This document shows positions 26,700 to 38,039 of a DNA stretch of 64,000 bases, piece by piece. The notes under the pieces are model-generated. The model was not told the origin of the DNA. It saw only the letters and a program-made list of their open reading frames with translations, and ran no database searches. The translations under genes and the position numbers were made by a program. The DNA is from Eledone cirrhosa (lineage: Eukaryota): assembly GCA_964016885.1 (NCBI GenBank), contig OZ024745.1:59148001-59212000 (forward strand). The letters are read 5' to 3'. How positions within the stretch are numbered: the stretch's first letter is position 1; the number at the start of each line of letters is the position of its first letter.

Positions 26700-26990
26700 T
26701 TTAATAAGTTCTGGCTCTGCCTTTTAGGAGCTCTGATGGGATGTTATCCACTCCTGGGAATTTTCCGTCTGTGAGTATGAACAGTGCCTCTTCGAATTCC
26801 TCGTGGATTATTAGATTATCTCAAAGTTCTCTATTTTGTTGGTGGAATTATCCAGGGTGTTAGTGTTATGTCTGAGTTCGTGGCTATTGAGATCTTCACA
26901 ACACCCAGGCCCTCTTCTATCTGTGAGAGCGACCCTATTTTGTCATCAATGATCTTGGTAATAGGCTGCTTTTTTTTAAATTGACATTTT
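26700..26990 (-). mobile_element. RTE-like LINE fragment (pre-RT region)
   Basis: Minus frame GKFPGVDNIPSELLK...IKALTVVCQKMW. Confidence 0.6.
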
Positions 26991-27410
26991 AAGTTTTTAT
27001 AACGGAATACTCCTATGTTTTACCGGCGAAGATTCGAAACCGAATTTGAGCTTTCTCACCTCTGGGACAATCTATTGTTGGAAGTTCTCACCATTGTCTT
27101 GTCAAGAGAACGATGATAATGTACATTCTATTTGACCTGTGACCCCAACCTCTTGGGAGACGATAACCACAGGTCTGATCATAAATCAACCTCATATATT
27201 CACCTTTCTAACTTTAGCACTTATTATAAATACAAGGAGTTAAGGAATCAAAGGGTCAGACTCGAAGCGGCAGTCAACAAGATAACCATGTAGCATCAGT
27301 AGACCTTTCACTCTCTCTTTCTTCTGGCCCTTAATGGCTTACCTCCTCGGCCACCGAAACAGCCAGACATGCCTGCCTGACAGATTGACCACTACTGCTA
27401 TGAAAATAAT

Positions 27411-27525
27411 TGTTTCTATTTTTGGCACAAGGCCAGCCATTACTCAGTGCATTACTGGTACTTTATTTTATCGACCCCGTAAGGATGAAAGGCAAAGTTA
27501 ACCTCGGCGGGATTTGAACTCAGAA
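27411..27525 (-). mobile_element. 5'-truncated SINE with long TSD
   Basis: TGACCACTACTGCTATGAAAATAAT at 27386-27410 and 27526-27550. Confidence 0.88.
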
Positions 27526-28029
27526 TGACCACTACTGCTATGAAAATAATATATTCTAAGAATAGGCACACACACACACATAGTAAGTTCATATTGTTTA
27601 TATTATACTCTCATCCTATTCTTCCTGTAATATTGTATCTGCAAGACACAACACAACTGTTACATCATCGTCTTCTCTGATACATGCATTCTCGCAGCTT
27701 TAATGTACGGATATTTTCATGTCATAAATTTTATTACTCAGTGTTCAAATCGAATATTGTTATTATAAAATAAACATTGTTAACAACTCAATCATGGCAT
27801 TATTCTTTTCATCAAAACTATCATCAAAAGAACACAACTTATCCGTTACACTTTTCATAAACAACCTCACTGTTGCCCTTTTTAATCCCAGCTTCGACGT
27901 TTTTGCCCTGATCTGTCAACCATTTCTCCTTGGCCAACCTCATTTTATCCTTGACCTTATTCACAGAGTTTTATTGCTGCTTTGTTTCATAACCCGTTAA
28001 CTTGGTCTTTTTCGGAGCTTGACATAAAC

Positions 28030-28790
28030 TACATAGGCCCAGGATGCCATTAATGACCCGTGTTTTTTTTCTTTCTTCTTCTTGCTAAAGCTGTTTCTTG
28101 AAGTGCTTTTTTGATAATGTCAGTCAGGGAGTTTGTATCTTCCTCTAGTAAGTTGAGGGTTGCAAATCTGCTGAACCTACTGGCCTCAAACATTGCTGTA
28201 ATCTTAGGTCTTTTAGTTTGTTTAGATCAAATCTAATAAGTGTAGTTCTTTTCTTATTAATCTTTTTGAGCTTTAACTTCAGTGTTATCAAAACCAAATC
28301 GTGATCACTGTATATATCTGCACAAGAGAAAGTATAAGTTGTAGCATTGCCGATACTGGATTTAAACTTTTCAAATAGAAGGATTAAGTAAATTTGATTT
28401 TGAGTCATGTCATTGGGTTTACATCATGTACTCCACGAGCTTTTGTGTGGGAACAGTGTATTGGCTAGGATCAACTTGTGGGTGTTAACAAATTTTAAGA
28501 GTCGAAGTTCACGATCATTCGTTTCTCCGATTCCAAATCGTCCTACTGTCCTACCCATTTATCATATGCGTTTGGGCCTACTTTGGCATTCCAGTTTCCT
28601 ACGACGATGAGAACGTCTTTCTTTGGAGCTTCCCTGTGGATTTTCTTTAGGTCCTCATAAAACTCTTCAACGGCATCATCGTCATATTCAAGCGTTGGTG
28701 CATTGACTTCTATGATGATGATGATGATGATCTTGCAGTAACAAGTATGGTGATGAGGCAGCTGGATACTGGTGTAACAACTCTACATTT
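28030..28790 (-). mobile_element. RTE-type APE endonuclease fragment
   Basis: Minus frames LILANTLFPHK, TQNQIYLIL, ADIYSDHDLV. Confidence 0.75.
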
Positions 28791-29164
28791 GTCTTTGTAT
28801 ATAGTTAATTCTTCAAAGCTACTCATTCATTTAATCCTGTATATCATGCTAAACATTTACATAATTATATCATAGAAATAAATTATTAAAATATCATTCT
28901 TATCTCTATATCACTTCCACATGTCAGTAATCTACATAAGCTGTAGTTTTCTCTTATGTAAACCATTAATTTATCAAAATACAAATTTCCCAGTTTGTAT
29001 GATTGTTCATATATCTGGTACTCTTGGTATATATACTCTAGTACTCTTGGTATATATATACTCTGGTGCTCTTGGTATTCTTGGTATATATGGCATACCA
29101 ATACTAGACTCCAAACGAAATAAAATTCGGAAATACCTGGACTTATCAAATAATTATTTTTTTC

Positions 29165-29685
29165 CAACCTGTGGCGTTCGAGACATTTGATGGAGTTGGG
29201 CCGCTGACAGCGAAGTTCTTGTCATCGTTGGCGGCTCGCCTTACTGAAGCGTCAGGTGATGCCTGTGAGGGTCCCTGGTTGTTTCAGCGCTTTAGCCTCA
29301 CCATCACCCGTGCCAGTGCTGCGAGCGTGTTGGCTTGCCTCAAAGTGTTTAGTTAACTCTTATGATATGATGTGCGGTCAATTGTCGCACTTGGTGGTGA
29401 ACTGCCACCCCCTTTATTTTCTTCTTTTAAGGTTTTTTTTATCTCTCTCTTTGCGTTTATACTTGTATATATTACATAGGTTTGTGTTTTCGTTCTGTAA
29501 GTATTATATTATAATATTTTTTTTATTCATTTATCTATTTATGTATGTATTTATTTATTTATTTCTTGCCTTTCCTCTTCTTTACACCCCCTCTTATATC
29601 TCTAATTTGCTCTACGTCCTTTTCTTCTTTAAGTTTATCATATCATTTGTGATATAAAAACGTTGAGATTTGATGAAATAAATCA
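29165..29685 (+). mobile_element. CRE-like non-LTR retrotransposon 3' end
   Basis: AFETFDGVGP...WLFQRFSLTITRASAASVL resembles the CRE RLE C-terminus (QRLSxAIQRGNA), followed by a T-rich 3' UTR ending near AATAAA. Confidence 0.6.
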
Positions 29686-30259
29686 CTGCCAATACAGGAA
29701 TTGAATAATCAAGACCGTAGCAGTATGTCATATATCAAATCATATATTTTGTCTGATGAGGACGTACTTAAAAAAAAAACACAGTACCTTTGAAATATAT
29801 ATAATAAAGTATATATTTTGATTATGAGAATATTTTTCATTTGTTAACATTTCGAATAATATATGTATATATATATATATATATAAGTATGTATACGTAC
29901 ATACATATATGTATACAGACGTACAGTAGTATGTATATATATATATATGCATGTATGTATATATATATATATATACATACTACTGTACGTCTGTATACAT
30001 ATATGTATGTACGTATACATACTTATATTTAAGTAACAGCCGTACTAAGAGTGAAAAATGAAATTTCGTTTCATTTTTTCCGTTTATATATATAAAGATT
30101 TACATATACATAAACTAGACAAAGTCATAGATATATATATGTTTTTGGCAACCATTCACGAAGTGGCTCAATGATGAATTAATAAATTAAATAATCAGAG
30201 CAATATACTATAAATTATGTCCATAGGATCATTTGATAAGATATATACACCATTTCCTA

Positions 30260-30294
<35 letters not shown>

Positions 30295-30298
<4 letters not shown>

Positions 30299-30521
30299 AA
30301 AGGTAAACAGAAATAATCACACAATCGGTACAGTATATAGAAGGGATATATTGGGTTAACGCTTGATATAGCAGGAAGAGGGTCTTAACGTTTCGGACAC
30401 TAATCCTTCACCAGAAGAAAGCATGAGAAATAAGATAGATTGAGGGGACGGGCGGGATGGAATTGGAAAAAATGTCTTTAGATAAAAATAACAGGTCCAT
30501 TCATGTTGACATCTCTTGCAA
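30295..30521 (-). mobile_element. Inverted copy of the 26058-26283 Penelope-like element
   Basis: Reverse complement aligns throughout; hammerhead-like motif at 30383-30418 with core variant CTGGTGA. Confidence 0.6.
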
Positions 30522-30525
30522 TATA

Positions 30526-31258
30526 TATAGCTCTGATTTATCCAAATTATTGAGCCCTCTGCCACTCATATCGGATATTGTTTATCGTTAATTCGTGAGC
30601 TGATTTTCCGATACTCGATTATTCTATTATATTTAGCTCTAGACCTTAGCTATTGACCAGTTAATTTTATTGATCATTTTTTGTCGATTCTATTGACTGA
30701 TGAATAGCTCCTGTTTATTTTAACATGTCTGTTGAGCACTCTGATTCGATATGTGATATTTTGTATTCTTACATGATTTACACATTACCGAAATTTTTTT
30801 CGCTAATATAGAGGTTATCTCCCTTGCTGGGCACCATGTGCGTGTCTGGCTAAGGGTCACTTCTTTATTATCGGACGGAACCCGTTGATAAAGCTCTTCC
30901 GGTCCAGTCCTTCTCTAGAAGTCTTATATATTTTTTATGTGGGCTGATAGTGAATGGATTAAGGAATTGCAGAAACCCAAGAAGCTAGATTTAACACCCT
31001 TCTAGCGGGTCCGGGTAAGTTTTTTACATTCATTTAAATTATTGATTTATTGATATTTTATTTGAGTGACCCGAATCTTCCTGGTCGTTCTTTTTCGGCT
31101 GTACGGGTGATTTTAGGCATAATCTCTATGTGTTGGTAATTTAACGATGGTTATAGCTCTGATTTATCCAAATTATTGAGCCCTCTGCCACTCATATCGG
31201 ATATTGTTTATCGTTAATTCGTGAGCTGATTTTCCGATACTCGATTATTCTATTATAT
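30526..31258. mobile_element. Non-coding element with 107-bp terminal direct repeats (pLTR/retrozyme-like) in (TA)n
   Basis: 30526-30632 and 31152-31258 read as identical; period 626 nt; no ORF. Confidence 0.55.
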
Positions 31259-31800
31259 ATATATATCCAAAATTAAGATAAATTAAATGAATTTAATCTA
31301 AATCAAAATTATGGGTGTCATGCCAGAAAGACATGCGCCATATCACCCGGAAAATAAGCTCTAAGATTCTAATGAGTAGGTCCGAGCATTTTATAATAAC
31401 TAGAAATTGATTAACATATAAATAAACATGAATAATCACAGGAGATAATTTTTACAAGTGTGTAACCACACATAGCTAGGTAGGTAACTAAATAAAGTTG
31501 ACCAGAACTTCAAAAATAGATACCTTATATTATGATTAATCTTCCCTGTATATATTCCATATATATATATATATATATATATAGTGATGATAAAATTGGG
31601 AAAATCATCATCAAATTTCGTTTCATTTTTTCCGTTTATATATATATATATAAGATTTACATATACATAAACTATACAAAGTCAAAACGAAAAACAATTG
31701 TTTGGGGAAACCTTTAAAAATAATTTTTTGAAAATAAAAATACAAACGAAAGATACAGAACTCCAGGGTCATCGACCGTTGAGATGGACTTCGACCCCTA

Positions 31801-31868
<68 letters not shown>

Positions 31869-32318
31869 ATACACACATATATATAATTAAGAATTGGTTT
31901 TTTTTTTTAAGCGGAGCAGAAGAGAACGACAATTAAATAAAGTACTCAATATACGTTTGTAGAGAAGGCACATATATTATATAGAAATGGCATCTAGAAC
32001 TGTTTCACGCACACGCATGTATATATATATATATATATGATAATAATGGAGCTGCGGCGTTGCAAATGGGTTACATATAAAAAAGTGAGTCCTTCATCAG
32101 TGACCCTCCAACCGTCCCAGGCATTTCATCGCTTTAAGGGCCATATACCTCAGGTTGGTGCGAACAACGGCTAAAAAAAGTCGTTGGGACACGTAAATAA
32201 AGAGAACGTTAGGGTGAACAAACAAAATGGTTTAAGCAACAGAAAGTGAGAGGAAAGAGACAAGTCCCAGATTTCTATGAATATAAACTCGATAAAATCG
32301 TGAACTAGAGAATAAAGA

Positions 32319-32381
<63 letters not shown>

Positions 32382-32460
32382 GAAGGAAATGTGGTAAGGA
32401 ACCAGGTCGACCATAACGCACCAAAGTACTCAATACTTAGAGTAGTAGAGTGGGTAATAG

Positions 32461-32590
32461 GAACGAGTAGGACCCCGACGGCTGAGCTCAAGCCGTTTCG
32501 ACGGCTAATTCTGGACGAAAATTTTTTTTTTAAAGTCCAGAATTACCCGTCGCAACGGCTTGAGCTCAGCCGTCGGGGTCCTACTCGTTC
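32461..32590. repeat. GC-rich inverted repeat, 56-bp arms with 18-nt spacer
   Basis: 32461-32516 is complementary to 32535-32590 with two mismatches. Confidence 0.9.
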
Positions 32591-32759
32591 TTATATATAT
32601 ATATATATATATATATATTTCTCCTCCTCCTCCTCCTCCTCCTCCTCCTCCTCCTCCTCCTCCTTCCCCTCCGCCTTATTATTCCTGAGAGGGTTGTGAG
32701 TAAAGAGTTCTTAGACACGCCTTCCAGAGGGTCCTATCATAAGGAACCGTTTCCAATTG

Positions 32760-33105
32760 ATCTGGCTGGTTTGTGTGGGCTTCCTATTCTGGAACAACCT
32801 ACATACAATTGACCTATGGAGAATCAGCCACCTTTTAGATGGAGACCAACAACCTGCAGTGTTTGACCATGGAACTTGTTGGAAAATTGGAAATTGCAAT
32901 CGTTTGAAACGAAAGGGGACATCTGTTGGTGTTAGTAGCATTCTAGTTATAAATACGATGTCTCTCTTACCACATCCAGTGAGGATTTTGGCTCCAATAA
33001 TGTAAGGATGTTGTTCGGTCACAACCATACACGTCCCATTGCACAATCGTGACTAATCAAGGTTTCTGAGAAGCATGATGATAGCGCCCTTCTTCAATTC
33101 AAGGT
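32760..33105 (-). mobile_element. Helitron PIF1-family helicase fragment
   Basis: Minus frame LELKKGAIIMLLRNL*...LCNGT...ILTG...PFRFKRLQFPI are PIF1 C-terminal motifs. Confidence 0.85.
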
Positions 33106-33239
33106 TGTGTGGTGGCATACACCTATATACACACATGCACATATAATGCATACATACTTACACACATACATACACATGGAAAAAAAAAGTCAAGATGTTC
33201 GGGGCTGGAGCGCTTTTGATCAAAGTCGATCTGTAACTA

Positions 33240-33690
33240 AAAACAACAACAATAATAACAACAACAACAACGACAATAATAACAAAAACAATAACAATGG
33301 CAGCAGTTAGTAACAAAAAGACAAATATAAGAATAATATGGCAAAAACTAGCACAACAATAACAATAACAATAATATCAATTACAGCAACAAACTGATGA
33401 TCAGATTAACAACAACAACAACAACAACAACAGTAGCAATAACAACGAAACAATTGAGATGTAACAATGGACAAAAGAAACTGGAATACTCATTATAATG
33501 ATCACAAAGAATAGTAACAACCACAGCAGCAGCAGCAGCAGCAATAGCAGCAACAACAACAACAGTAGCAACAACAGCAGCAGTATGATCAACAAGATCA
33601 ACAGCAGCAGTATTATCAGTAACAGCAGCATCAAGAACAGCAGAAGCATCAATAACAACAGCACTGACAATAACTACAACTACAACTACA

Positions 33691-33754
<64 letters not shown>

Positions 33755-33795
33755 CGGCGGCGGCGGCAACAACAGCAGCAGCAGCAGCAGCAGCG
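33240..33795. repeat. Compound (AAC)n/(AGC)n microsatellite
   Basis: Direct inspection. Confidence 0.9.
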
Positions 33796-33829
33796 GTGTA
33801 AAATTAATGATAAGAGTGTTGTCAGAGGG

Positions 33830-34710
33830 AGGCATAATATTGAGGACAAAAATAACTGTATATAATACCTGTGTGCTAACAGTTTTGTTGTATGGGTGTG
33901 AAGCATGGACCACTCACCAGCGGTATTTCAAGATACTTGAAATATTCCACCAAAAGTGCCTTCGACAGCTCCTAGGTATTAAACTAAGAAGCATAACACC
34001 TAGCACTGAAGTTTTACAAAGATCAGGGTGCTCTACAATCAGTTCCCTTGCCACTATGAGTCAGATGGGCTGGGTGGGGCATCGCGTTGGCATGAATGAC
34101 GCAAGGCTTTCAAAAGAAATCTTTTATGGTAAGCTTAAATTATGCAAGTCTAAATTAAATTATGCAAGTCTAAAAAAAGGTACAAAGATTGTATTAAAGA
34201 AAATGTAAAACATCTGAGTTTAGATATAAACCAATGGGAAAAGCAATCTATTGATGGTAATACATGGAGAAAGGCAATTAAATCAGAGTGTCAATTATTG
34301 GATGAAACAAAAAAGCAAAAGCGGAGCTAAAATGGGCACTAAGAAAGAATGAGTTGGTAGGGCTTGAAAATGTTGCTTATTGGAGTTACAATTACTGTCA
34401 CCGTATCCTCTCTAAAACCAGTTTTGTAAACCATATGAAAATATATGAGCAGACAATGACACTGGCAGATTATGTTGCAAATCTCTCTGTACCTCCAGAT
34501 GTGACTACTTGTCAAATTTGTAGGAAGATATGTAAGACAGCTTCCGGGTTAAAACACCATATGAAAGTTCATCAACATGAAATTCCACATCCTGATTCAA
34601 TAAACCCAGTACACACACTGGTACATGTCTGTTACTTGTGTCAAAGCTTCTGTAAACCGTTGCTAGATTGAAAGGTCACCTCTGTGCATATGGCAGGGTG
34701 TAAACTTGCT
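33830..34710 (+). mobile_element. RTE-clade LINE 3' fragment with C-terminal C2H2 zinc fingers
   Basis: TKITVYNTCVLTVLLYGCEAW, FHQKCLRQLLGI, WVGH; then CQICRKICKTASGLKHHMKVH and a second CYLC finger. Confidence 0.8.
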
Positions 34711-36116
34711 GAAATTTGAGTTTATCAGTCACCTTTCTGGCGGCCGGCAAAATTGTGAAGAAAAAGAAATTTCCGTCGTACCTTGTACAATCGTTGATCT
34801 TTTGAATCATAAGGATGTTTTACAGATTTGGAAGATTCCATTAAACCCTTTCGTAACTATTGGTTTAAAATACACTCATTATGTTATTCCTGTTAGAATT
34901 AATGTGCTACCTTAAGTTACATGATAAAGTCATTAAGGGAACAGATATAATTGGGTGTGAGTGATAAATATTTAATAAACGTGGCCCGCAATGCAGAAGA
35001 CCGGAAGATAAGCAAATGCCTGGGTTTGTCAGGCTGCTTTCTCTTTGTACCGGTCGCCATCGAGACCTCAAGTGTCCTCGGACTCCGTACAGCTGTTCTC
35101 CTTCGTAAAATCGGAATGACAGTCTGAGGAAGGAGCCCTGCGAGGTGGGGTGGCTGTTGATGCGGGTGTCGCTGTTCCATTTTGTCCGCTGTGCGCAGTC
35201 GAAACTCCACCCAGACTTAGGTGTAGAGTCTGCCACTCTTTCCCCCTCCTCCTTTCTTTCGTTGCTAGAAGTAACAGCTAAATTGCCATCAAATCGCACC
35301 TCACCGTCTTGCAAAAAGGAAGGAGACATTGGACAATGTAGTCTTCGATACAAAAAAAGACGGAGTAGTCATGATTGGAATATCTGTGATCATAGACTTG
35401 CTCGATCAAGGCTGACCTGAGGCTTAACCACCACCACAACAACAGCATTAACGAGCTAACGATGGCGCCTCTGGATTAGGCATGGGCAGCCATTTTCGAG
35501 GTGTGGGCCGCATAGGATGTATCTCATCATATGGCGGGCCACACTACTAAAAAATTCAAGGCAATTTTGAAATGAGGCGTGTCATTCAGAAAGTTGCAGC
35601 TTACCCATGATCGCTCTATATAGTCACTCAACCTGCTAGAAACAACAACCATATTCATTTCTAATCATACCTTACAGTTTTAAACAAGGAGCGGACATAT
35701 TAGATAACGTGATCTTAAGAAGACGGAATTATGACGACTATAATTCCTACTTAGTTGACTTGAGACTAAATAACGATTTCTAATATAGGCAAAAAGTCCG
35801 CAATGTCTGGGAAGAGGAACGTTGATTATATCAACTCTAGTGTTTCGCAGGTACTTTATTTCATCGACCCCCTAAAGATGAAAGGCAAAGTTGATTTGCC
35901 ACAAAGTATTTTATTCGGCGCTTTAACGATTCTGCCAGTCTATCACCCTTGGCACAAAATAACAGCAACAACCAAATGTAAGTTAGTGTACACATTAATA
36001 AAGGAAACTAGACAATGGATAATGTCCTTGAAAGTTGACAAACTGATCACGGCTGAACGTCTTTGCTCATGTGTCTGTTTGATCAGAGTTGACTTGGAGC
36101 TTAACAATGACACGAA

Positions 36117-36400
36117 CACTGACAACAAAGGATGTCTACGTGGCCTTTCTGTCAACAAAATATGTCTACGTGGTCTTCCTGACTACAAAATATATCTACG
36201 TGGTCTTCCTGACTACAAAATATGTCTACGTGGTCTTCCTGACAACAAAATATGTCTACGTGGTCTTCCTGACTACAAAATATATCTACGAGGTCTTCCT
36301 GTCAACAAAAGATGTCTACGTAGTCTTCCTGACAACAAAAGATTCCTCCGTGGTTTCCTGACAACAAAAGATTCCTCCATGGTCTTCATGACAACAAAAG
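36117..36400. repeat. 30-bp minisatellite (about 9 copies)
   Basis: Unit GACAACAAAATATGTCTACGTGGTCTTCCT; explains the repetitive part of ORF 35803-36441. Confidence 0.9.
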
Positions 36401-36484
36401 ACGCCTACTTTCAATGTGGTCGTTCAAACTGCGAGAAATAGCAGCCAAATCTCGCTCAAATCACATCGTACCATATTAAACAAG

Positions 36485-36947
36485 AGGCTATTTTGCCGGT
36501 CCCGATAAAATAGACCTACAGACTATTTTGCCTGTAAAGAGTGTCAGACACCAGGCTTTACAGCATAGTTGCGGCCCTTTACGGCCTGAGTCCAAATCCC
36601 GCAGAGATTAGCTTTGCCTTTCATCCTTACAGGGTCAATAAAATAAAGCACCAGTAATGCATTGGGGTCAAATTAATTGACTTTCCCCTCTCCCAATACT
36701 GTTGGCCTTGTGCCTAAATCAGAAACCATTATTACGAAGTCAGGTAGTGTTAAAATAACAACACACAGATTTAACACAGAAGTTTATTTATTTTCACCAC
36801 CAATTGTTAAGACAATTTAAACCTTAACCCTAACCCAAACCCTAACTCAAACCCAAACCCAACACTAACATTATATTTACCGGGGATAAAATAAGCTTAA
36901 AAAGTATGTTTGCCTATTTTACCGGGACCGGCAAAGTAGCCTATTCG
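36485..36947. mobile_element. MITE with TIR of about 29 bp, internal degenerate (TAACCC)n and a nested SINE
   Basis: AGGCTATTTTGCCGGTCCCGATAAAATAG / CTATTTTACCGGGACCGGCAAAGTAGCCT; TATTAAACAAG duplicated at 36474-36484 and 36948-36958; SINE at about 36560-36732. Confidence 0.75.
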
Positions 36948-38039
36948 TATTAAACAAGGATGGACCCATAAGATAATGAATATAGTTTTAGATAAAAAGT
37001 ATATCGGATAATCGTGACTGGAATACATTTGATGATAGGTCGGTTTGATTACAATTGACCTAGGGTCAGACAAAAAGTAATAAAAAAGACTGGATTATGA
37101 TGACTTGCTTAGAATTGACCTTGGGTTAAACAACAAGTATAGTAATCTTATTGTATGTATACATGGTCCCGTAACACCTGATAGAGTCGCAAGGGTGCCG
37201 TATTGACATACGGCGTTTCTTAGGCATTTTAACCCTGGCGGAGCCCATCCCTCTCCAGGCAGATTTCTTCCAGAGAAAAATAGAAAGAGGAAATGAGAAA
37301 GAGAAGAATAATCTACCCCAGTACTAGACTGGTACTTTTTTTTTTATTGACCTCCAAAAGAATGAAAGGCAAAGTTGACCTCGACGGGATTTGAATTCAG
37401 AGAGCAGTGAGTGGAACGAATACCATAAAGCAGTTCTATCCGACGTTTTAACGATTCTGCCAGTCCGCTGTCTGTGTGATCTTATTACCATCAGTTTTAT
37501 AATCTATCACCAAAAACTATATTTTCTTTATTACTTCTCTCAACATGTTCATCACTCTCACCATTGCCACCATCACCACACTACCAACATTACTACTACC
37601 ACACCACCTCTCTCACCCCACCACCACAACCAATATCCCACCCCATCATTACAATATGGTCTCTGCTACATGTTTATTTTTAACTAAGTACTATTCAGTA
37701 ATACTACATAGTAGTACTTCATAGATATACTAACACTTCTGTCTCCTCTTTCTTCAACAGTCCTTTAATCTTTCTCTATCTCTCCAATAACTCTTTACAT
37801 TCGCTATTACTTTATCTGGCTACAAATCATTCGAAATCTCATTTTCTTCACATTTTTCTTACTTTCATACCCGCCATCTTTATATTTCATGGTATTCTTC
37901 GCTTTTTCCTTCTTTTTCTTTTTTTCTTTAATATGCAAACGTACTCCCGGGTCCTAAATAATAGAGGGGGTGGGGTGGGGGGTGGTGGTAATTTTTCTCG
38001 GTTGTCTCTGTTGATTAACGCCCCCCCCCCAAAAAAAAA

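Noticed and set aside
33498-34671. Host C2H2 zinc-finger gene
   Set aside because: The fingers follow RTE RT C-terminal motifs across frameshifts, so they belong to the LINE ORF.
35803-36441. 212-aa ORF with LRGLPD repeats
   Set aside because: It runs through a SINE and a 30-bp minisatellite, so it is a chance fusion.
36820-36868. True telomere or chromosome fusion scar
   Set aside because: Short, degenerate and enclosed within a MITE.
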